Source of the DNA: Candidatus Hodarchaeota archaeon
Lineage (GTDB): Archaea > Asgardarchaeota > Heimdallarchaeia > Hodarchaeales > Hodarchaeaceae
Direction of reading: 5' to 3'
Assembly: GCA_016840035.1 (NCBI GenBank)
Contig: JAEOTC010000253.1
Coordinates: forward strand, 1 to 12,372
Length of the DNA: 12,372 nt
Below, in pieces: positions 1 to 8,035 of the stretch. Both the position numbers and the translations under genes were made by a program. The notes beneath the pieces were generated by a model, which saw only the letters and a list, made by a program, of their open reading frames with translations, searched no databases and was not told the origin of the DNA. Within the stretch, counting starts at the first letter, position 1, and each line of letters opens with the position of its first letter.

Positions 1-149
1 AAAAGTCGTTCTGGATACCCTATATCATCTAAAAACGGTTTTAAACCCTCCAAAAGGGGAATAATACGGATTTCATCCATAAAAAGAATGAACCCAACAA
101 GAAAGCCGATAATGAATAATCCCATCAACAGATTTTTTTTCAAACCCAT
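1..149 (-). CDS. Partial small membrane protein (N-terminus only, runs off the window start)
   Basis: Not in the ORF track. Manual translation from ATG 149 gives MGLKKNLLMGLFIIGFLVGFILFMDEIRIIPLLEGLKPFLDDIGYPERL..., open to position 1. It has a basic N-terminus followed by a TM/signal helix, with AAGGT upstream. Divergent from the 288 gene. Confidence 0.65.
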   Translation of the reverse strand, partial: MGLKKNLLMGLFIIGFLVGFILFMDEIRIIPLLEGLKPFLDDIGYPERL

Positions 150-287
150 TTTCAAAACCTTTAATCTTGTTATTTACTTTAACTAGTTCAAACATAAATA
201 AAAGATTTTGGATGAAGGAGAAAACAAACACAGAAAAAACCGAGGAAAACGGAAGAATTAAGAGAAAGCAAGATGGGAGAACTATAA

Positions 288-1376
288 ATGGAGAAAGCAA
301 ATGGAGAACAGATAGATAAACAGGATAGCTCCTCCATCAAACGGAAACACCTAATCATAGGAGGTACCTTGGTACTATCAGTAATATTAACAATAGCATT
401 CATGTTCACATCAATAGTCCTAGCAGGTATAATAGGGAGATACTTTTTGGACAATGTGATGTTTGATCCATGGATACAAATGATTGGGGCAGATCGTGAC
501 GAAGAATTTCCGATTATTCAGGCGGAATATCAAGAATTACTAGAAATCTTCAAAGTACTCGGGATGATTTCACTCATAGTACTTGTAATTCTGATTGTTG
601 TTGGAATCTTAGCAAGTAGGTATAAAATCTCACTTTTTGGAAGTGTACTTCTCCATCTACCGACATTCAGCCAATTTGCATTTAAAATGTACTTCTTCTC
701 GGGGGCAGGCATCCTTACAGTCCTATGGCAACCACTATTTGAACTATCCCCCGAACTCCTCCGACTAGGAGAAATAATCTATGCTCCAATAATTCTAGGA
801 CTGTTGATCAACGATTTTATGCCAGAATCGTTGGATAATCTAGTTGGAGGAATCATCATTGGATATCCGATTATTCTACTGGTATTAGGAGTGTTTTTCT
901 TCCTATGGGGGACGATAACTTGGTTGTATGGAAAATTCAATGGAGTGGAGATAATAGATTTTTGGATCTACAAGTATTCCCGACACCCCCAATATTTGGG
1001 GATCATGTTCATTACATGGGGGCAATCATTCTTTCTCACACTTGGAAAATTCTGGTTCCCCTTTACTCCCCCCAGCACATTTATGTTATTATTCAGTTTG
1101 TTAATGATGGGTTTAATTTTTCAGGATGAGAAAAGATTGGTAGAGAAGTATGGGAACCATTATATCGCATATCAACAACAAACGTCTGTCCTTTTCCCTC
1201 TACCAAAACAGATTCGGAGTATGTTTGCAAAAATCAACCAGATGCTGATCAAAAAGGAAAATCCTACACGGAATAGGGAAATCTTGGTCATTTTGGCAGT
1301 ATATGGAGGGATAGCTGTGATCTTATCAGTGATATTAGTCTTGTTGTATCCAATCCAAGATTTTTCTCCAAGATAA
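288..1376 (+). CDS. Polytopic membrane protein with a C-terminal isoprenylcysteine carboxyl methyltransferase / PEMT / DUF1295-like domain
   Basis: The family motif (W)IYKYSRHPQYLG is followed by DEKRLVEKYGNHYIAYQQQTSVLFP (E-x-x-L-x-x-x-YG-x-x-Y-x-x-Y...P pattern). Many TM helices. SD GGGAG lies 8 nt before ATG 288. Confidence 0.8.
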   Translation: MEKANGEQIDKQDSSSIKRKHLIIGGTLVLSVILTIAFMFTSIVLAGIIGRYFLDNVMFDPWIQMIGADRDEEFPIIQAEYQELLEIFKVLGMISLIVLVILIVVGILASRYKISLFGSVLLHLPTFSQFAFKMYFFSGAGILTVLWQPLFELSPELLRLGEIIYAPIILGLLINDFMPESLDNLVGGIIIGYPIILLVLGVFFFLWGTITWLYGKFNGVEIIDFWIYKYSRHPQYLGIMFITWGQSFFLTLGKFWFPFTPPSTFMLLFSLLMMGLIFQDEKRLVEKYGNHYIAYQQQTSVLFPLPKQIRSMFAKINQMLIKKENPTRNREILVILAVYGGIAVILSVILVLLYPIQDFSPR

Positions 1377-1406
1377 AGGGGCCTGAGAAAGAAAATCTTA
1401 GCTCAC

Positions 1407-3968
1407 TTAGCGTGATTTTGAAATCCTTCTTCGATAAAATGGAATTACCAAAACTAAAAGAAAAAGAAGGGGAAATCCTATACTTTGGCTAGTCTGAGTG
1501 GAAATGGGATAAGGTGTTGTTGTCGTTAGAGTAGTACTACTTGTTGGTGTAGTAGGTACAGCAGTAGTTCCAGATGCAAAAACGGTGAAAACGACCTCTG
1601 CAACCCCAATATTGTTAGCCTCATCGGTAGCTTCAATACGGAGAGTATAATCTCCTGAACTAGAAATTTCGGTAAGAATTGAACCATTAGATTTAAACCC
1701 AATAGATATATTATTTAGAAAAACCTCCACAGTAAAATTCTGGTCATCAAAAATAGTATAAACAAGGAAAACCTGTCCACCCCTAAAATCATAGGAGGAA
1801 CCATGTTGAGGGGACAAAATTTCGACCACGGGAGGAATAGAGTCGGAGGAACGAATGTCAAAGCTCAGCATATAAGAATAGGTTTCATAACCCAGATTAT
1901 CTTTAACATACACATACATCTCAACCGTTTCCCCAGCTGGCCAAGAAATGCCGGGGATAGAAAGGGAATAGGTTCCAAAAAACACTTCCTTCGGAAGGAA
2001 CATCTCCTCAAAGCCGAGAGAAGAAAAGTTCACATAGACAGACTCAACCCCTAGAAACGCATTGGGATAATTTTGAACGAGGAAGGACACATTTAATCCT
2101 TCATTGTCAAGAAGATAATGGGAGGAAATGGGATCAGAATGAAGAGTATGTTGTAGATCAGTAATGTAAATAGTAGAGGGTTCCTCACGTACCTGCGTAT
2201 ACTTGAAATAATCAGTTGGAAGAGCCCAATTTAACAAATTGTGAACAAACGGAATATTATCAATTGGATAGGGAAGATACGGGGTCGTATATGCAAACAT
2301 ATTCTTATAATCGGCAAAAATGGACTCCCCAGACATGATAAGTCTAGAATTATTCCAGGGACCAAGATGCCATTGGACCGCAGTCAGAGTCCAGCTACCC
2401 AGTGTGAAGGTCGGATATCCTTCCCAAACATTATCAGCATCGAAATCCTGATCAACTATTTCCCCAGATTGTGAAGAATTCACGATCCAGTCAGTATAAG
2501 GAAGATCAGTCCATTTAGGCATGGTATTTATTCCATCTAATCCACCAGAATAAGGTGCAATCACCGTAGATCTGCGATAGAATAAATCATTAACTCCAGA
2601 AGTAAGATTAGCAATCGGGCCAAGAGAGTTTGTGACATTGGCAATTGCATAGCCATGAAGGCCATCAATAGGTATCCCATCGTGAATTGAATCATCTTGA
2701 ATAATCATCTGACCACCAAGAGCCAAAGAGAGATTATTAAACATGGAAGGATTCCAATAACCCCCATAATCCGAATCACCCGCAAACCAGATAGTACGAT
2801 TACCATACGCCCACCAGCGGAGAATAACATCAAGTTCAACAGGTGTGAAGCTGACACGATTACCCCATCCATTTCCATTTAAGATGAGAATATCTGATTC
2901 AGCGAGAAGATAAGGATCCAATAAGTCCATTACAACTACTTCAAAGCCCCACGCAGATGCATTGGACTTAAAACCTTCAACAGAATCATCAAAAGCATTG
3001 TGGCCATTGAAAACAAAGACACGAGGAACTTTGTTTAGGATCGATACGTCGGGATCGTTCGCCCACCGCAAAAGATTATACGTAAGCGGAAGATTCTGTT
3101 GGCCGAATCCTCCCCACAATGTTGTATTCGTAAAAGTGCCTTGATAGTCGACAAAGATACTCTCTCCCATCCAAACAGCTTTAGACGATCCCTTAGGACC
3201 TATTTGCCACTGAACTGCCGCTAATGTATAACTACCCGGAACATTCAGGGGATACCCCTTCCAAATAGTATCATTATCAATTTCTTCACCGTATACCATA
3301 CCTGCATTGGAGGTGTTAATAATCCAATCTGTGAAGGGGAGGTCATCCCATTTGGGTCCAAGATTAATCCCCGACTGATTACCTGAATACGGAACAACAC
3401 AGGTAGGAGCATGAAAACTCACATTGTAGACACCAGTTGTGATAGAATCGTTTACCCAAAGAGAATTGGTAGTATTCGCTAAAACACGATAAGGAGTTCC
3501 ATCATTACTAGCTGCATCTTCTACGCCATCATCTTGAAGGGTAACATTCAGACCTAACTCCACCACGAGATAATTTAAGTCAGAAACATTGTAGGAACCC
3601 CCATAATCACTATCACCCGCAAACCAGATAGTACGATTACCAGTTGCCCACCAGTCGGAGATAAGCTGTCGATCAAGGGGAGTTAAGAAATCAGGAGCAT
3701 TAAGAATCAAAATATCTGTAAATTCAAGGTATTCATTCGTGAAATGTTCAATAATATTTAGAACGTAACCCCACTCACTGGTTTTCTGTTTAAAGCCTTC
3801 AACTTCAACATGATAGGCACCATTGCCATTAAACAAAGTAATTACAGGAAAATGGTGATCAGTGATTGTATTAACGGGAGAAGAAGTCGTTATACTCAAA
3901 CCGTTCAACGGAAAAAGAACCAACGCGACAATTAAACTAAAAATAATCCCAAAGTGCTTCAGACTCAT
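1407..3968 (-). CDS. Secreted, C-terminally anchored cell-surface (glyco)protein: two tandem class-I GATase-like (DUF4350/GIFT-like) domains, Ig-like domains, Thr-rich linker and CTERM-like anchor
   Basis: Signal peptide MSLKHFGIIFSLIVALVLFP. Internal duplication at aa ~41-303 and ~315-582 (DILILN, GNRTIWFAGDSDYGG, QDD, GESIFxDY, NLLxWA). Ig-like segment D-x-x-PPVVEILSP...YTLRIEATDEANN. Tail TTPTSSTTLTTTT-GF-hydrophobic-RRR. About 20 N-x-S/T sequons. SD AAGGAGGT lies 6 nt before the ATG. Confidence 0.8.
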   Translation of the reverse strand: MSLKHFGIIFSLIVALVLFPLNGLSITTSSPVNTITDHHFPVITLFNGNGAYHVEVEGFKQKTSEWGYVLNIIEHFTNEYLEFTDILILNAPDFLTPLDRQLISDWWATGNRTIWFAGDSDYGGSYNVSDLNYLVVELGLNVTLQDDGVEDAASNDGTPYRVLANTTNSLWVNDSITTGVYNVSFHAPTCVVPYSGNQSGINLGPKWDDLPFTDWIINTSNAGMVYGEEIDNDTIWKGYPLNVPGSYTLAAVQWQIGPKGSSKAVWMGESIFVDYQGTFTNTTLWGGFGQQNLPLTYNLLRWANDPDVSILNKVPRVFVFNGHNAFDDSVEGFKSNASAWGFEVVVMDLLDPYLLAESDILILNGNGWGNRVSFTPVELDVILRWWAYGNRTIWFAGDSDYGGYWNPSMFNNLSLALGGQMIIQDDSIHDGIPIDGLHGYAIANVTNSLGPIANLTSGVNDLFYRRSTVIAPYSGGLDGINTMPKWTDLPYTDWIVNSSQSGEIVDQDFDADNVWEGYPTFTLGSWTLTAVQWHLGPWNNSRLIMSGESIFADYKNMFAYTTPYLPYPIDNIPFVHNLLNWALPTDYFKYTQVREEPSTIYITDLQHTLHSDPISSHYLLDNEGLNVSFLVQNYPNAFLGVESVYVNFSSLGFEEMFLPKEVFFGTYSLSIPGISWPAGETVEMYVYVKDNLGYETYSYMLSFDIRSSDSIPPVVEILSPQHGSSYDFRGGQVFLVYTIFDDQNFTVEVFLNNISIGFKSNGSILTEISSSGDYTLRIEATDEANNIGVAEVVFTVFASGTTAVPTTPTSSTTLTTTTPYPISTQTSQSIGFPLLFLLVLVIPFYRRRISKSR
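2761..2817. repeat. Direct repeat copy A (51/57 nt identical to 3598-3654; perfect 31-nt core at 2775-2805)
   Basis: atcacccgcaaaccagatagtacgattacca occurs exactly at 2775-2805 and 3612-3642. It encodes the GNRTIWFAGD motif of the duplicated domain. Confidence 0.9.
3598..3654. repeat. Direct repeat copy B (perfect core at 3612-3642)
   Basis: Partner of 2761-2817, offset by 837 nt (in frame). Confidence 0.9.
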
Positions 3969-4159
3969 GGAGATACCTCCTTACATCTCAATACACACAG
4001 AGAGTTACGAATATATTGGATTTATTAAGGAATCTTACCGATTGGTGATAAATCCATTCTCATAAGGTTGTATACAGTTGGTTCTAGAGCGACGTAATCG
4101 ATATTAAAGCTTTTAGGTTATAAAAAAGGACTATTTAAAGCTAAAAAAGAAGGAGACAA

Positions 4160-4174
4160 AGAAGAGTTTATAGT
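4160..4174 (+). promoter_or_regulatory. Putative archaeal BRE/TATA promoter of the amidohydrolase
   Basis: A purine-rich run precedes TTTATA (4167-4172), about 40 nt upstream of ATG 4212, leaving room for SD GGTGA (4202-4206). Confidence 0.45.
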
Positions 4175-4211
4175 ATTAATTTAGCAAGATTACGATTAAT
4201 TGGTGAAAAAA

Positions 4212-5399
4212 ATGAAAGCAATAATCAATGGAACAATATTAGATCCGAATCTGGGATTAATTAAACAAGGAAAGATCTTAATCGACCAAGGTAAGATCCT
4301 AGAGATAGGAACCGACATTGCTATACCAGAGGGGACTGAAACAATTGATGTGAAATCCAAATATGTCTGTCCAGGATTCATAGATGCACATACGCATCAA
4401 GGATTATTTGATGGGAGTATTGGCTGGGCAGGGGCAGATGGAAATGAAATGACAACCCCAGTTACTCCCATAATAAGAGGGATTGATTCATTCAATCCTC
4501 ATGAACCAAGTCTCAAAGATGTCCTAAAAGGGGGAGTAACAACCATAAATACGGGCCCAGGCTCAGGAAATGTCATTTCAGGAACGAATTTTTCGATCAA
4601 ACCTGTAGGGACGATTGTGGATGAAATGCTAGTGTTAAATCCCAGTGGCTTAAAAGTTGCCCTAGGAGAAAATCCTAAACGTATCCATGGACAAATGAAC
4701 AAGCGGATGCCAATGACAAGAATGGGAGTGGCCGCACTTCTGAGGGAAACATTAAATAAAGCAAAAGACTATATCAAGGAATTAGAACACTATAACGAAT
4801 CACTAAAGAAGGTGGAGGAAGGAAAACCTCAACCGAAACCTCCAAAAAAGGATTTAGGGATGGAAATCCTTGTAAAGGTGCTAGAAAGGGAGATTCCACT
4901 ACATGCCCATGCACATCGGGCAGATGATATAACTACGATTATCCGGATCGCTGAAGAATTTAACTTGCGATTGGTCTTAATCCACTGTACGGAAGGGCAC
5001 AAAATAGCCGATTACATCGCAAAAAAAGGATATCCCGCAGTGGTAGGACCAACGCTAATATGGGTCAGTAAACCCGAAACACGAGAACGTGGATTCAAGA
5101 CAGCAGTCATTTTACATAATGCTGGAGTCAAAGTATCATTACAAACAGATTCTTTAACTCCCATGAACTATTTTCCGCTATTACCCATGGCTGTGATCAA
5201 AGAAGGAATGTCAAGAGAAGATGCATTTCGTTGTGTAACCATGAATCCGGCAGAAATGTTAGGTCTTGAGCACAGAGTAGGTTCATTAGAGAAAGGGAAA
5301 GATGCCGATATTGTCATCTGGTCAGGCCATCCCTTCGAATTTTACAGCAAAGTAGAAAAGGTGTTTGTGAACGGAGAAGAAGTAAAGCTAACTGATTGA
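4212..5399 (+). CDS. Metal-dependent amidohydrolase (imidazolonepropionase-like / Amidohydro_1 superfamily)
   Basis: Motifs PGFIDAHTH (HxH), GGVTT, LKVALGENPK (Lys ligand), HAHRADD, IHCTEG, QTD and NPAEMLGLEHRVGSLEKGKDADIVIW. ATG 4212, after SD GGTGA, is preferred over TTG 4200. Substrate not assignable. Confidence 0.9.
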   Translation: MKAIINGTILDPNLGLIKQGKILIDQGKILEIGTDIAIPEGTETIDVKSKYVCPGFIDAHTHQGLFDGSIGWAGADGNEMTTPVTPIIRGIDSFNPHEPSLKDVLKGGVTTINTGPGSGNVISGTNFSIKPVGTIVDEMLVLNPSGLKVALGENPKRIHGQMNKRMPMTRMGVAALLRETLNKAKDYIKELEHYNESLKKVEEGKPQPKPPKKDLGMEILVKVLEREIPLHAHAHRADDITTIIRIAEEFNLRLVLIHCTEGHKIADYIAKKGYPAVVGPTLIWVSKPETRERGFKTAVILHNAGVKVSLQTDSLTPMNYFPLLPMAVIKEGMSREDAFRCVTMNPAEMLGLEHRVGSLEKGKDADIVIWSGHPFEFYSKVEKVFVNGEEVKLTD

Positions 5400-5472
5400 G
5401 TTCAAAGCACTAGGGATTAAACACTACCATCTGTAGGAGCTTCAGTGTAAAGAGAAGCTCATGAACTACGAT

Positions 5473-6306
5473 TCAAAATTTTCGTTTGAGGAAATAGATG
5501 AGTCCACCAGTTCCAACAAGGGCACCAATTATACCCATCCCAAACAACAGAAATATTTGTTGCATTCCTGTAATGAGAACGGTGTCAGTCCACCAGATAG
5601 TGATGAATTCCTCTTCAGGCAACCAATCAGAATACTTCAGGTTCCCGACGAAAAATTTGTCCTCCTCTTCAAAAGTATCAAAGTATCTGTCACTATTAAT
5701 ATCGTTACAAATAGATTTAGGAATCCAGAATTCGAAATCAGCAGAATCGATATTATGGTTCCAAGTCAAAGCTGTTCCAACACAATATCGAAAGTTATAT
5801 TCGGCAGTATTGGAAGTAAAGGTTCCTGCACCATCCTGGTAATCCCGATTGTAATGAATATTAACTGTATGTTCTTCTTCACCGTCAAAATATACAAAGA
5901 GTTCGAGAGCCTGAAAATCACCATAGGTTGAAATCGAAGGAATTTGAATGGTCTTCCACACATAATCCACGGGTAAACCATCAAGCAGGAGAGATTCTAG
6001 TAGAAGAGGGTTAGTTTCCTTGCTTCCTGAAATAACAAAAGGAAGTAAAATGTTGAGGCCAACAGAACTAGAATTTCCATTAGCAAAAGTATAATTTGCA
6101 TTAATGAAGACACGAGAAGACGTAAAACGGAAAATAATTACTTCTGATTTGAAATATACAGAATTATCATAATTTGAAGCTAGGGGAATAGTCCCATAGT
6201 TATAATCGCTAGGAATAGGGTTACCACGGGTGAGAAGCAACGGAGAAGAAAAGAAAAACAGGATTAAAAACGGGAGAATCAGAAATCGTAAGAGAAATCG
6301 ACTCAT
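5473..6306 (-). CDS. Secreted, C-terminally membrane-anchored protein, DUF4424-like
   Basis: Signal peptide MSRFLLRFLILPFLILFFFSSP. VYFKSEVI...ANYTFAN...LLPF and YCVGTALTWNHNI resemble DUF4424 motifs. Ends in a TM helix plus KRKF. ATG 6306 is preferred because GTG 6357 lies immediately next to the TATA-like box at 6360-6367. Confidence 0.65.
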   Translation of the reverse strand: MSRFLLRFLILPFLILFFFSSPLLLTRGNPIPSDYNYGTIPLASNYDNSVYFKSEVIIFRFTSSRVFINANYTFANGNSSSVGLNILLPFVISGSKETNPLLLESLLLDGLPVDYVWKTIQIPSISTYGDFQALELFVYFDGEEEHTVNIHYNRDYQDGAGTFTSNTAEYNFRYCVGTALTWNHNIDSADFEFWIPKSICNDINSDRYFDTFEEEDKFFVGNLKYSDWLPEEEFITIWWTDTVLITGMQQIFLLFGMGIIGALVGTGGLIYFLKRKF

Positions 6307-6359
6307 ACATTCAGTTAATCTGTTATCCTCCTTAAGCTTATTGGTGTTGACTGCCACCC

Positions 6360-6367
6360 ATATAAAA
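6360..6367 (-). promoter_or_regulatory. Putative TATA box (TTTTATAT) for the DUF4424-like gene
   Basis: Lies ~27 nt upstream of AAGGAGG (6327-6333) on the minus strand. Confidence 0.4.
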
Positions 6368-6412
6368 CTACCAAAATTAATGGAAAGAAGTCTTGTCTAG
6401 GGAACATCTAAG

Positions 6413-6440
6413 GTCCTCAACGTAGAACAACGGTGAGGAC
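6413..6440. repeat. Intergenic inverted repeat (10/11-bp stem, 6-nt loop); possible terminator, RNA hairpin or operator
   Basis: gtcctcaacgt-agaaca-acggtgaggac, between the permease stop and the next promoter. Confidence 0.5.
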
Positions 6441-6508
6441 GAGTCGCCAATAAAAGTATAACACAGTCCTAGAAGAAAATCGAAAGATTCATTGTGTTTC
6501 CAGAATAT

Positions 6509-8035
6509 CTAACTATAACTGATTTCTGATTTCGTTAGTACCAAAGACGCAAGATAAAAAGTAATTGCTAAAACGATATTAGCCTGTAAACTGAAGGAGA
6601 TAACCTCTTGGGCATCAGGCGTGGAAATATATGCTGCAAGAAGCAGACTAGAGAGAATGGGAGAGAATAGAATTAGTAAATAATCTACTCCAGGAAAAAG
6701 AAATATAGAAACCAAAATTCCAACAATTTCAATCCCAAAAATTGACAGAACTGTCGACTGAAGCAAATTCTTTACAGGAAAAATACGCCAAATCAAGAGA
6801 AGGACAGCTACAAAATAAATCGCCCGGAATAATAAATTAACAGCCAGCGGAAAAAAAGTAGATGTTTCAGACCTGAAGAAAATAACGAGAGCTCCAAAAG
6901 AAAAGAGGAAGTTTAGGAGAATTGGTCTGAGAAGGCTCGTAACTTTAAGAGAGAAGTAACGATAGGCAGAAATTCGTGCAAGGATCATTTCCTCCATATT
7001 ATATTCTTTTTCCATAACAATTTTAGGAAATATCGTAAATAATCCAATAAGAAGGATCGTAATGAAATGAATACAAAATAAATAGACGACAAACATTATA
7101 GAACTGAAAGAATCATCAAAGAGGATATAAACAAGGACGTAAGGAAGACAATTCAGGAGAAGCAAGGATTGTTGCCATGTAGGGGTTTGAGTAGATGTTA
7201 GGTTTAATAATTTTAAATAGAAATTAGAACTAGTGTGAAAATTACCACTTTTCATCTGTTGACCCCCTTTCATGACCTCAATAACAGTTTTCTGACATAT
7301 ATGAGTGATAACCTTGTACACAGAAAAGAGTAGAATAAAACTGAGGATGAGTAAGACGAGAAAAGATAAGGGAAAATCAGCAAAAAGGGACCGACCAAGA
7401 AGGACAGGTGAAATAAGGAACTGAAAGTCATATAAATCCAAAATTAGAAGAACAAAAAAGACAGTGAGAATCGTAAGGTAATAAATAATCGTACGAAATA
7501 TGGAAGATGGATAATAATTTTCAGAAACTCCAAGAGTTAAGACGGAGATAAGAAACCAATCAAAAAAGAAGAGGAAAAGTAACAGAAGAAAAAAAGGACT
7601 AAAGAAGAGGGGAGAAAGCCTGTTTCCGGAAAGTTTCTCAATCAAAAATACACCTAAAAAGCCACCGAGAGGGGGAAGAATCATTAAAATGGCATTGGCA
7701 AAACTTCGAGCAAAATACAGTGTCTTAAATTGAGTAGGAGAAATAACCAAGTAATCCAACATTGAAACCTGACGTTCTCGAGAAAACAGATCAAGATTGA
7801 TCGGAAAGAAGAGAAGGAAGAGAAAAAGAAGAAGTCCAAGGAGTTTAGAAGAGACTGGAGAGAAAGAATAGGAAAAAATGAAGTACAAAAAACTTGGAAG
7901 AAGGATTAGAAAAATACAGCCATAATAACACCAGAGTAAGAGGGAGGATTTGAGACGAATTTTGATCTCATGCACCGTACAATAATGAAAGAAAGGGGAA
8001 GGTAGATTATCAAAAAACAGCTCCATAAAACTCAT
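6509..8035 (-). CDS. ABC exporter permease (about 12 TM, probably two fused ABC-2-like halves)
   Basis: Highly hydrophobic, with two similar halves (FSRERQVSMLDYLVISP and IVMEKEYNMEEMILARIS resemble the ABC-2 E-R/K-E-x-x-x-x-E-x-L loop). ATG 8035 overlaps the ATPase TGA as ATGA, suggesting translational coupling. Confidence 0.75.
   Translation of the reverse strand: MSFMELFFDNLPSPFFHYCTVHEIKIRLKSSLLLWCYYGCIFLILLPSFLYFIFSYSFSPVSSKLLGLLLFLFLLFFPINLDLFSRERQVSMLDYLVISPTQFKTLYFARSFANAILMILPPLGGFLGVFLIEKLSGNRLSPLFFSPFFLLLLFLFFFDWFLISVLTLGVSENYYPSSIFRTIIYYLTILTVFFVLLILDLYDFQFLISPVLLGRSLFADFPLSFLVLLILSFILLFSVYKVITHICQKTVIEVMKGGQQMKSGNFHTSSNFYLKLLNLTSTQTPTWQQSLLLLNCLPYVLVYILFDDSFSSIMFVVYLFCIHFITILLIGLFTIFPKIVMEKEYNMEEMILARISAYRYFSLKVTSLLRPILLNFLFSFGALVIFFRSETSTFFPLAVNLLFRAIYFVAVLLLIWRIFPVKNLLQSTVLSIFGIEIVGILVSIFLFPGVDYLLILFSPILSSLLLAAYISTPDAQEVISFSLQANIVLAITFYLASLVLTKSEISYS

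Noticed and set aside
73-712. Minus-strand ORFs 73-300, 188-454 and 530-712
   Set aside because: Antisense shadows of the 288-1376 gene or of A-rich intergenic DNA. No motifs, and 73-300 conflicts with the better 1-149 ORF.
905-1129. Alternate-frame ORF inside the methyltransferase-like gene
   Set aside because: Nested in a well-supported CDS, with no recognisable features.
1510-1570. gtt/gta/agt low-complexity run as a tandem repeat element
   Set aside because: It simply encodes the Thr-rich linker.
2775-3642. 31-nt direct repeat as a CRISPR repeat, att site or DGR template/variable pair
   Set aside because: Only two copies, in frame within duplicated protein domains. No cas, integrase or reverse transcriptase nearby, and the mismatches are not adenine-specific.
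1803-4065. Short plus-strand ORFs (1803, 2241, 2697, 2962, 3862)
   Set aside because: Antisense to the 853-aa gene, with no coding hallmarks.
4196-4702. Minus-strand ORFs 4196-4381 and 4499-4702
   Set aside because: Antisense to the conserved amidohydrolase.
4212-5399. Specific assignment as hutI
   Set aside because: Only superfamily motifs are visible and there are no hut genes nearby.
5461-5984. ORFs 5461-5931(+), 5498-5842(+) and 5766-5984(-)
   Set aside because: They overlap the DUF4424-like gene, which has a coherent signal peptide and anchor architecture.
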